Virus record (IMG/VR): IMGVR_UViG_3300037264_007739
Span: 1-64,000 of that record
DNA length: 64,000 nt
Strand: one strand, 5' to 3'
Origin: a virus
In this document: in pieces, positions 55,433-63,232 of the stretch
Layout of the letters: the number at the start of each line of letters is the position of its first letter
Position numbering within the stretch: position 1 is the stretch's first letter
Program-made: the position numbers and the translations under genes
The notes under the pieces: generated by a model
What the model was told of the DNA's origin: nothing
The model's database searches: none
Seen by the model: only the letters and a program-made list of their open reading frames with translations

Positions 55433-56122
55433 ATGCCCGCAAGCGTAGAATCAATGTTCAACTTCGTCGAGATATGGAACGCTGCAACGTCCATAATGGA
55501 TGTTGCAAAGAACTACGGTATCAAGCCGCTCTCTGCGCTCGCTCGAGCGAGGCGTCTTCGCGCTACGGGATTGCCGCTCAAACAGCTCTCGGACGAGAGC
55601 CAGGCGTACGCCCTCACACATCCATCCCGCAAGCCCCCGAAGCCGGACGGTGCGGCAACCGAACCGCGCCCGCGGGGCCGCCCGCCAAACGAGTCGAAGC
55701 CCAGGACGACGTTCAACTGCCACGTGCAGACGATGGTCACCTACGAGACGTTCGGCCGACTCCTCGCCGGCGAGCGGGCGCTCTCCTCCGGGCGGGTCCG
55801 CGAGATCATCGAGCTCGGGCTCGAGGCCGAGCTTCAGCTGACTGCCGAGAGCGTCGAGGTCGAGGTCGAGGTCCCTGTCGTCGCGGCCCAAGCCGAGCAC
55901 GGTGAGTGCCTCGATTGCGACGCGCTCATTTTGACGCATCGCGCCGGGCGCACGCACTGCTGGTGCGGCGAGGACTGGCCCTGCCCGGTGCTCGGAGCCG
56001 CGCCGCTGACGCCATCGCCCGACCCCCAGGAGGGGCGCCAGGAGGCACCCGCGCTGCCTGCGCCCGCTCCGCCCGCCTTTGACCTCTTTGGGCCTACTCC
56101 GGGCCTTGGCGGTGCCTCGTGA
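55433..56122 (+). CDS. putative DNA-binding protein (HTH-like N-terminus, Cys/His C-terminus)
   Basis: F.EIWN...S..DVA...G......ARA..LR..G.PLK; C..C...H....HC.C...WPC. Confidence 0.6.
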   Translation: MPASVESMFNFVEIWNAATSIMDVAKNYGIKPLSALARARRLRATGLPLKQLSDESQAYALTHPSRKPPKPDGAATEPRPRGRPPNESKPRTTFNCHVQTMVTYETFGRLLAGERALSSGRVREIIELGLEAELQLTAESVEVEVEVPVVAAQAEHGECLDCDALILTHRAGRTHCWCGEDWPCPVLGAAPLTPSPDPQEGRQEAPALPAPAPPAFDLFGPTPGLGGAS

Positions 56123-57624
56123 GCGGCAACGGCATCATTTGGGACCGTTATCAACGAGCCGTCTTCGACGACCTCGCCCAGGGCCAGGGGCACACCGTGG
56201 TCCTGGCCCGCGCGGGGTCGGGGAAAACGACGACCATCATCGCCGGCCTCGACCATCTCCCCTCCTGGGGCACGGTGCTTCTCACCGCGTTCAACAAGGG
56301 CGTCGAGCGCGAGCTCAAGGCTCGGGCTCCGAGCCATGTTCGTGTGCGAACGCTTCACGGCCTCGGGTACAGCGCTCTTCGCCAGCATCACGGCAGTGTC
56401 GAGATCGACGAGCACAAGGGGCGGAACATCGCGTACCAGGTGCTCAACGACTACGCGAACCAGTACCGTGTGCGGATCGACATCGGCGAGCTCGCCCCGA
56501 AGCTCCGGCAGCTCTCCTCCCTGGCGAAGAACTGCCTCGCTCGTGATCTCGCCGACGTCGAGCGCATCGCCTACGCCTTCGGGCTCGATAGCTACGACTT
56601 CCCCGCGCCGTTTGCTGCACAGCTCGTGGCTGAATGTCTCAAGCGCGCCACGGCTGTCACAAAGCGCATCGACTTCGATGACATGATTTATCTCCCCGCG
56701 AAGCTCGGCGCGAATCCAAGCCCCTTCGACTTCGTGCTCGTCGACGAGCTTCAGGATGTCAATGCGGCGCAGCTCAATCTTGCTGCAAGTGCGTGCAAGG
56801 GCAGGTTTATTGGTGTTGGTGACATAAATCAGGCGATTTATTTATTCCGTGGGGCAGATGCGAACGCGATCCCTCGCACTATCCAAGAGCTCAATGCCAA
56901 GGTGCTTCCGCTCAGTGTGACATATCGGTGCCCGCTCGCCGTCATCGCGTACGTCCAGTCTAGGGTCTCAGGCATCGAAGACCTTGAGCCACGTCCAGGC
57001 GCGCCCCAGGGCGTCGTCGCCGAGCGCCGTCTCGAGGAGCTCCTCGGGCCGTTCGGTGCAAGACCTGGAGACTTCATTCTTTCCAGGCTAAACGCGCCGC
57101 TCATGCCGATCTGCATGCACTTCCTTCGACATGGCATACCGGCCGTTGTCGCTGGACGTGACATGGGGCGAAACCTCGCCGACCTCGTGAAGAAGGCAGG
57201 TGCGTACACCACACGGGATCTTCTTGGGTGGCTCGACGACCACCAACGGAAGGAGTACGAGCGCCTTCTCCAGGCCGACAAGCTCGAGCGATATGTCCAG
57301 GTCCAGGACCAGATCGACGCCGTCCGCGCCCTCACCGATGGCACGAAGCTCGCCGCCGAGGTCACCGCCGTGATCGAGACCATCTTCTCGGACGACCGAC
57401 CAACCGGAGCGGTGGTCTGCTCGACGGTGCACAAGGCAAAGGGGCTCGAGCGGGACCGGGTCTGGCTCCTCGACAACACCTTCTTCCTTTGGGACGGGAT
57501 CGAGGAGGAGAACCTTTATTATGTCGCTTGCACAAGATCTAGATCTGACCTGTATCTCGTGCCAGATGGCGTTCCGACCGCCAGTAGCATCCGCGGCCTG
57601 ATGGCGAATCACGACGTCTCTTGA
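56119..57624 (+). CDS. UvrD/Rep-family SF1 helicase
   Basis: ARAGSGKTT, AFN, TLH, VDELQD, VGD..QAIY.FRGA, YRCP, TVHKAKGLE, YVACTR. Confidence 0.93.
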   Translation: MSGNGIIWDRYQRAVFDDLAQGQGHTVVLARAGSGKTTTIIAGLDHLPSWGTVLLTAFNKGVERELKARAPSHVRVRTLHGLGYSALRQHHGSVEIDEHKGRNIAYQVLNDYANQYRVRIDIGELAPKLRQLSSLAKNCLARDLADVERIAYAFGLDSYDFPAPFAAQLVAECLKRATAVTKRIDFDDMIYLPAKLGANPSPFDFVLVDELQDVNAAQLNLAASACKGRFIGVGDINQAIYLFRGADANAIPRTIQELNAKVLPLSVTYRCPLAVIAYVQSRVSGIEDLEPRPGAPQGVVAERRLEELLGPFGARPGDFILSRLNAPLMPICMHFLRHGIPAVVAGRDMGRNLADLVKKAGAYTTRDLLGWLDDHQRKEYERLLQADKLERYVQVQDQIDAVRALTDGTKLAAEVTAVIETIFSDDRPTGAVVCSTVHKAKGLERDRVWLLDNTFFLWDGIEEENLYYVACTRSRSDLYLVPDGVPTASSIRGLMANHDVS

Positions 57625-57678
57625 CCAGATTGTTTCCAGAATCGCCAGACATGCGAGGTTAGGACACGACATATTGTC

Positions 57679-57707
57679 TTGCGTCCACTTCCAGAAACCG
57701 GTACAAC
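57679..57707 (+). promoter_or_regulatory. promoter TTGCGT-N17-TACAAC for a leaderless XRE mRNA
   Basis: ATG at 57714 is 6 nt after the -10; no SD. Confidence 0.6.
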
Positions 57708-57713
57708 TGACAC

Positions 57714-58046
57714 ATGGCAAGTAACGGCGACGCCACTGTGGTCGCGATCGATGCGGGCGGTGATGTAGAGAACGGCGAGCTCCCGGCGTCGGTCGCGCGA
57801 CTTGCAACGGCGATCCGTAAAGCGCGAGAGAAGCGTGGATGGTCACAGGCGGTGCTCGCCGAGACCGCGCACGTTTCGCACGACATCGTGCACCGGCTCG
57901 AGACCGGAAAGAGCGATGTGCTCTTCGGCGTTGCAGTCGACATCGCGCGCGTGCTGAACGTGTCGCTCGATGATGTCGCGTACACGCCGCGCGTGTCGAA
58001 GCGTGTTCGAGAAGCGGCGGAAGCCGCAGGGCAGGAGGAAGCATGA
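57714..58046 (+). CDS. XRE-family HTH transcriptional regulator
   Basis: IRKAREKRGWSQ..LAE...VS......LETG...IA..L.VSLD. Confidence 0.9.
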   Translation: MASNGDATVVAIDAGGDVENGELPASVARLATAIRKAREKRGWSQAVLAETAHVSHDIVHRLETGKSDVLFGVAVDIARVLNVSLDDVAYTPRVSKRVREAAEAAGQEEA

Positions 58047-58468
58047 AGATCCGTGATGCAGTTCAGGTCGCTGCGGAAGCCGTGCTGTCCGAGCTCCTTG
58101 TGCCGAACGCGGCCAAGGAGCTCGCGTGTCAGATCGGCGAGCGCGCCGAGACGCATGTCATCGCCGCGATCACCGGCGACGCTTCGTCCGTCACGCCTAG
58201 GGCGAAGACGGCGGCGCATGCCATCGCCAAGAAGGCGAAGGCGAAGAGGGCGGTCAAGACCAAGCCCGAAGCCAAGCCCGAAGCCAAGCGTCGCAAACCG
58301 CGCCAGCGCACGAACGGGGTGCACGCCCAACCAGCGGAGCAGGCAATGCCGCCCGTGACCGAGGGCAATGTCGTACCGATCAACGGTACGGCCTCGGTGG
58401 CAGCTCCGGTGGCAGCCCCTACGGACGAATCTGTCCAGACAGAGGGCAAGCCTGGTCTCGGCTTGTAA
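58043..58468 (+). CDS. Lys/Ala-rich hypothetical protein
   Basis: GGAGG SD; ATGA overlap. Confidence 0.6.
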   Translation: MKIRDAVQVAAEAVLSELLVPNAAKELACQIGERAETHVIAAITGDASSVTPRAKTAAHAIAKKAKAKRAVKTKPEAKPEAKRRKPRQRTNGVHAQPAEQAMPPVTEGNVVPINGTASVAAPVAAPTDESVQTEGKPGLGL

Positions 58469-58483
58469 GGGGAGGAAACGGCG

Positions 58484-58750
58484 GTGCTTCTTCAACAACT
58501 CATCGGAAAGTCAGTCAATTCAGGAAATGGACACGCACCGCGCGTCCAGAAAGCGTCCAGGAAGAAGACGCAGAGTCCCAAGGTCAAGAAGTCGGAAGAT
58601 ACCGACTCCCGCTGCGTCCAGGTCAAGTCGGCTGTCCGCCGAACCGAGAAGCGGGCTTTCGAGGAGCTGGCGATCAAGCGCGAGACGACCTTGTCAGACC
58701 TCATCAGGGACTTCTTGTTGGAGGAGGCGAAGAGCGAAGGGCTGTTGTGA
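58484..58750 (+). CDS. ribbon-helix-helix (CopG-like) regulator
   Basis: V.V...EK..FE.LA.....TLSDLIRD; GGAGG SD. Confidence 0.65.
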   Translation: MLLQQLIGKSVNSGNGHAPRVQKASRKKTQSPKVKKSEDTDSRCVQVKSAVRRTEKRAFEELAIKRETTLSDLIRDFLLEEAKSEGLL

Positions 58751-58795
58751 AGGTGGAGGGCCTGTGTCCTCGACCCTCACAGAAGGAGGGCAACG

Positions 58796-59104
58796 ATGGA
58801 TCGCAGAAATGGGCTTCCGCTCGCGCTCGTCAAGAGCGTTCCGGATTATGACATGAACCCGACGGGCCTTCCGTCCGTCGCGAGCACGAAGTGTGGCCAC
58901 TGCGGTGGCACGTTGACCGAGCGCAAGGTCGGCACCGACTACTGCTGCAAGGACGCCGAGCTCGAGACCCTCCGCTCGGTTGTCGTCGAGCTCGATCAGC
59001 GCCTCGCCGTCGAGCTCGAGGACCCCCCGCAGGATCGACACGGAGCACTATTTCTTTCGTGGGCGAAGGCGCGCGTCCGTCGTGCTCTTCGTCTTCCGTC
59101 GTGA
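58796..59104 (+). CDS. zinc-finger hypothetical protein
   Basis: CGHCGG...YCC; AAGGAGG SD. Confidence 0.6.
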   Translation: MDRRNGLPLALVKSVPDYDMNPTGLPSVASTKCGHCGGTLTERKVGTDYCCKDAELETLRSVVVELDQRLAVELEDPPQDRHGALFLSWAKARVRRALRLPS

Positions 59105-59107
59105 GGT

Positions 59108-59884
59108 TCACACGAGTCCGGCACAGCGGGCACGTAGGTCGTCGAGCGTCCCGTCGTTCACGAGGACGTGGTCGAACAGCACCTCGTCGATCCCGTCCTG
59201 CTCGGTCTCCGAGAGGTGCGCCCCGGCCATGCCGGTTAGCCCCGCCTCTGGGCGCTTGATCTTCCAGACCTCGCCGCCGGCCTCCCTGATCGCCAGCACC
59301 TCGTTGCGAAAGCGGACGTCTGAAAAGATGACGAGCTCTGTCCGCTCGATGACATAAGATGACGCGAAGTGCTCGACGTCGGCAGGACGCCGAATCCGAT
59401 GCCCGTTCGTGAGCCCCTGCGCACGACGCACACCGAGGTCGATCCACGTGTTCGCGTACCGCTCGCGCGCCCATTCTGTGCCGAGCGTTTGGAGCGCCTC
59501 TCGCGGTGTCAGGTGCGAGCAGACCTCGATGCTGAGTGGTCTCCCGCAGCGCCGGCACCGAGGATCGTCATCAGGCATCGGACCGGGCACGTGCCGCCTC
59601 GGGTAGCGCTCGTCCGGCTTGTTGCGCTCGGCTGATGGTCCCCAGAGTTGCATGTACGAGAAGTCGTAGACCTCGCGGCAGATGACCTTGAGCGGATCGG
59701 CGAGCGCCATCTGCACCGCCCGTGCCTTGAGCGCGGTCTTCTTGCGCTCCTTCGCGGCGGTCTCGTGGACGAGCACCTCGATATCGACCCACTGCCCGTC
59801 CATCCACACGGGGTGGACCGGCGCGATCATCGCCGCAACAGAATCCTTCCCGGAGCCCGCTTTTCCCAAAAGGCCGATGATCAT
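59108..59884 (-). CDS. deoxynucleoside monophosphate kinase (T4 gp1-like)
   Basis: IIGL.GKAGSGKD, ADPLK, TPRE.LQ.LGTE, SDVRF.NE, H.SE, N.GTL; CxxC insertion. Confidence 0.92.
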   Translation of the reverse strand: MIIGLLGKAGSGKDSVAAMIAPVHPVWMDGQWVDIEVLVHETAAKERKKTALKARAVQMALADPLKVICREVYDFSYMQLWGPSAERNKPDERYPRRHVPGPMPDDDPRCRRCGRPLSIEVCSHLTPREALQTLGTEWARERYANTWIDLGVRRAQGLTNGHRIRRPADVEHFASSYVIERTELVIFSDVRFRNEVLAIREAGGEVWKIKRPEAGLTGMAGAHLSETEQDGIDEVLFDHVLVNDGTLDDLRARCAGLV

Positions 59885-60058
59885 CGTCCCTCCTACCTTA
59901 GAACTCTGGTCGCGAGGCGATCTCGAGAATCGTCGCGTGCCCAACGATGCGACTACCCTCTTGCATCGGGACCACAGAGCCGATCGTTACGTGCCCCCAG
60001 AACTCCACCGTGAGCGGCTCAATGTGTATTTCTCCTTCATCACCCGGACGAAGCTCGG

Positions 60059-60442
60059 CTACTCCATCAAGCAGAACGGGCGCGGGTTCACGAAGCCGTT
60101 CCCGAAGTCATCGCTCCAGCCGTGCAGGCCATTCTGGCCGTAGCGATACCGGTCAGACCTGTCCTCCAATAACAAGTCGAAGCGATTGCACATCTCGAGG
60201 AGTAGAGGCTCGCCACCGCGCGGCACCCGAAACCAGTCGATACTCTTTTCGTTCGAGTGTGTGTGCGCAATAATTCGTCGGCCGTCCCTCTTTCGCTCGA
60301 CGTAGAGACGCTTGACCTTCCCGCCGTCATCCAACGTCCACTCCTCGGCACGCTCGAGCGCGAGACGTGAATCTTGCTCGAGTGTCGATTCGAGCTCGTC
60401 GATCGTGACTTTCCCACGGATGATACTTACGTCTTGACCCAT
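60059..60442 (-). CDS. hypothetical protein
   Basis: AAGGA SD. Confidence 0.55.
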   Translation of the reverse strand: MGQDVSIIRGKVTIDELESTLEQDSRLALERAEEWTLDDGGKVKRLYVERKRDGRRIIAHTHSNEKSIDWFRVPRGGEPLLLEMCNRFDLLLEDRSDRYRYGQNGLHGWSDDFGNGFVNPRPFCLME

Positions 60443-60469
60443 CGTATTTTTCTTCCTTTGACTCTCTAC

Positions 60470-60646
60470 TCACTCCAGCCGCTTCCACGAGCGGCGCTTC
60501 ACGATGTCCCGGATCGTGACCGGCTTGACTCGGTAGTCGACCGCGATCTTCGCGTAGCTCTCCCCCGTGGTCTCGCGTCTCGCGCGGATCGCCCGGACGT
60601 TCGCCTCGGTCAGGATCGCCGCTCCGTGTCTCGAGCCGAGTGACAT
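60470..60646 (-). CDS. stand-alone HNH-type C-terminal HTH domain, 58 aa
   Basis: Not in the ORF track. MSLGSRHGAAILTEANVRAIR...GESYAKIA.DY.V....IRDIV...SW. Confidence 0.65.
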   Translation of the reverse strand: MSLGSRHGAAILTEANVRAIRARRETTGESYAKIAVDYRVKPVTIRDIVKRRSWKRLE

Positions 60647-60676
60647 CGCCGACGGTCTCGTCTGAATCCCAGTCTG

Positions 60677-61060
60677 TCATAGCAAGAACTCCTCCACGCA
60701 GCGTCGACGGTCCGCCGCGGTCTCGCCGCACAACCTGAACATCATCACGAAGCGCCGGCGCGCCGCCTCGTCATCGCGTGCTCGCTTGAGCGCACGGATC
60801 GCCCTTCGTTCCATCTCATCGCTTCGATGCGTACGCAGGTCTTCGATACGAAATGACCGCACGATCATCGACGCCCACTGCGGCACGAAGAGCCCACGCC
60901 AGAGCTTGCGGTCTGAATCCCACGCCAAGTCTTCGGGCTCGAGCCCCTTTGCTGGCGGGTCGTCGTGCTTCTCGAGCACGCCGGCTGCCTCGTAGATCGA
61001 GGCGTGCTTATCCGAGACTTGGACCGTGTCCTCAGCTCGGTCGATCTCGGTCACCTGCAT
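60677..61060 (-). CDS. hypothetical protein, paralog of 61778-62212
   Basis: Shared F.P.WA..I...ALK.A..D...ADR...VE pattern. Confidence 0.55.
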   Translation of the reverse strand: MQVTEIDRAEDTVQVSDKHASIYEAAGVLEKHDDPPAKGLEPEDLAWDSDRKLWRGLFVPQWASMIVRSFRIEDLRTHRSDEMERRAIRALKRARDDEAARRRFVMMFRLCGETAADRRRCVEEFLL

Positions 61061-61233
61061 CTCCCGCACTCGAGCGCGGCTCCGTCCGCGATCAACTTCA
61101 AAGCGATGCGGCGCCGCTCGACGTGCTCGTCCTCGGTTTCCTCCAGGTCTCGAACGAGGAGCGACGAAAGACCGACAGCGCCGCCGCAGTAGCAGCACCA
61201 CACCTTTGGCAACGCCACCTCTTCGACGTTCAT
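61051..61233 (-). CDS. small Zn-ribbon protein
   Basis: CCYCG...CGRC; AGGA SD. Confidence 0.55.
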   Translation of the reverse strand: MNVEEVALPKVWCCYCGGAVGLSSLLVRDLEETEDEHVERRRIALKLIADGAALECGRCR

Positions 61234-61778
61234 CAGAGTCCTACGCGTTCGGCCCATTCTGCCACCGATAGCCTTTCTCCATTGAAAGTCACACGACGTG
61301 TCCACCGCTTGTTTCGCGATTGATCTCTCATCGTGGCCCAACAACAATTTCGCGGTGAATAGCCTCCGTTGTTGTTCTTCCGTTCGATTGTTGCGCCAAG
61401 CCCGGGGCGCGGCCCCATGTCAGCAAAGAAATTCTCGAACTTCGCCCATCGTTTGCAGACCTTGATTCCTCGTCCACGGTAGTCATTCTTCTCTCGGCAT
61501 CGACGATGCATCTGCACCCAGGTTTTGTACTCCAGGGAGGACTGTCCCTTTGTGGTGTGGCCGTGCGTGGTTCGGCGACGTGATGCCTCCTCTTTCATGA
61601 GGCAGCCGCATGATCGTGAAGCTCGATCGTCGCTCCGGAGCAGCGCCTCTGCGGCGACTTCCTGTATGGCGCCGCATAGACAGCGACAAGTCCAATATGT
61701 TCGTCCGTTCCGACTTGGTGCACGTTCCTTCACACACCAACGGCCGATTTGCTGCCCACGCAGATCTTTCAATCGCAC
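61233..61778 (-). CDS. HNH-type homing endonuclease
   Basis: W.C.C.CG, SCGC, Y..W..M..RC, Y.GRGI.VC.RW..FENF..DMG.RP, I.R.NN.G.Y.P.NC.WAT..Q..N. Confidence 0.85.
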   Translation of the reverse strand: MRLKDLRGQQIGRWCVKERAPSRNGRTYWTCRCLCGAIQEVAAEALLRSDDRASRSCGCLMKEEASRRRTTHGHTTKGQSSLEYKTWVQMHRRCREKNDYRGRGIKVCKRWAKFENFFADMGPRPGLGATIERKNNNGGYSPRNCCWATMRDQSRNKRWTRRVTFNGERLSVAEWAERVGL

Positions 61779-62212
61779 TAGAGCTTATCTATAGCCTTAT
61801 TGCGTGCTTTGCAACTGAACTCCACGTGGTCGCGCCACATCGATGCGTCATCGAACTTTTTTCCGCATGAGCACACCAACGTCTGCGCGAACTCTTGACC
61901 GAGCTGCTCGACGAGATCTTTGCGGTCCGCTGGGTCGATGCAGCACACGAGCGTGGTCACGATCTGCGCGACGCCTGGGTCACGCGCCGCCTTCTTGAGC
62001 GCGCACATCTTGAGCCGCTGCGAGACCTCCTCGACGGAGCAGATCGCCTCCGCCCACGCCGGTGCGAACGCTGGGGCCGAGTAGTCGTTCGACGGCACAT
62101 TCTCGACGGCGACGCCGTCCAGTCCTGCGGCCCTGATATACGACGCCGTCTGTCGACCGACCTCGATCCACCCCGGATGGGGCGGCTTCACTTCTGGTTT
62201 GCTCATCGTCAT
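61778..62212 (-). CDS. hypothetical protein with C-terminal C2H-type Zn finger
   Basis: GAGGG SD; CSCGKKF.....W..H. Confidence 0.6.
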   Translation of the reverse strand: MTMSKPEVKPPHPGWIEVGRQTASYIRAAGLDGVAVENVPSNDYSAPAFAPAWAEAICSVEEVSQRLKMCALKKAARDPGVAQIVTTLVCCIDPADRKDLVEQLGQEFAQTLVCSCGKKFDDASMWRDHVEFSCKARNKAIDKL

Positions 62213-62532
62213 CCCTCTTTCTTCTCGCCGTCGATCGTGAACGTCATCGTCACGAAGTTGACTGGCACCTTGAGCTGGATCTCGGCGTGGATCTCGTGCG
62301 CGTCCGCGCCTGGCAGCTCGACCTCGCACGCGACCAACGTCCGTGCGACCTTCGCGTCTTCTGGGTCAGCGAAGAAGTGCTGGAACCGAACGCCGTCCCA
62401 AATGCCCGCGTTGTAGCGCGAGTCCGACACCGACGACTTCGGCGCGTCGATCCACTCCGAGTGCACAGGGCGCCCAAGCTCTTCGAGCGCCTTCTTCTCG
62501 AGCTGTGAGATCTCGACCCAGCCTTCGATCAT
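62209..62532 (-). CDS. hypothetical protein
   Basis: ATGA overlaps at both ends. Confidence 0.6.
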   Translation of the reverse strand: MIEGWVEISQLEKKALEELGRPVHSEWIDAPKSSVSDSRYNAGIWDGVRFQHFFADPEDAKVARTLVACEVELPGADAHEIHAEIQLKVPVNFVTMTFTIDGEKKEG

Positions 62533-63008
62533 TTTTGCTGCGCCTTTCTGACTTCGTCGAGCATCGCGCGCTTCTCGTTCTCGAGCCGCTCGAGGTCGAT
62601 GCCTGCATACCGCGCGAGGAGCTTCATGATCGGCTCGTGAATGCAGTTCATGATGCCGTCGTTCTCGTAGCCGCAGTCCTTCTCTTTGTGCTTGTACCAG
62701 CGGCCGTTCTCGCTCTGGTGACGGAACGGGCTTGGGCAGTGGGGGTACTCGTCATTGTTGTAGGAGACGCCGTCGCCGATCGATTCGCAGTTCACCTCGT
62801 GCTTCCAGAAGCGCGCGAGCTGAATGCCGTCCTGTTGGAGCCACTCGAGGAATCGACCGAGCTCCTCGGTCTTGAGCTCCTCCTTCGCTGCGTGCAGCTT
62901 CTCGTGCTCCGGATACCGTGGCTCGGCGCAGTCCGCGCAGAACGTCGGCGCGTTCGCCCGCCACTGCGCGCCGCACTTCGTGCACTTCCAGAATCCCTCG
63001 CCGGTCAT
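62529..63008 (-). CDS. Cys-rich hypothetical protein
   Basis: CTKCG...CADC; LG.FLEWL...I..LLA.Y.GID...LE.EKR.ML pattern. Confidence 0.65.
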   Translation of the reverse strand: MTGEGFWKCTKCGAQWRANAPTFCADCAEPRYPEHEKLHAAKEELKTEELGRFLEWLQQDGIQLARFWKHEVNCESIGDGVSYNNDEYPHCPSPFRHQSENGRWYKHKEKDCGYENDGIMNCIHEPIMKLLARYAGIDLERLENEKRAMLDEVRKAQQK

Positions 63009-63232
63009 CGAACCCTCATGATCTCGGCCTTCGTGAACGTCGCCGTCTTCTCGAACTTCTCTTGGAAGTCACCGAGGTCCGCGATCTCGACGCGGAAGTA
63101 GAGCATCCCCTCCTGATAGTTCGCGCTTTCGCTACCCTGGATCTTAGCGCCCGACGAACGAAGGTCAGAACGCGCTGCCTCGAGATCGCCGGTGTGCTGC
63201 GCGCCCGACACGTGAACGTAATACTCAGTCAT
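63005..63232 (-). CDS. hypothetical protein
   Basis: GGAGG SD. Confidence 0.55.
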   Translation of the reverse strand: MTEYYVHVSGAQHTGDLEAARSDLRSSGAKIQGSESANYQEGMLYFRVEIADLGDFQEKFEKTATFTKAEIMRVR

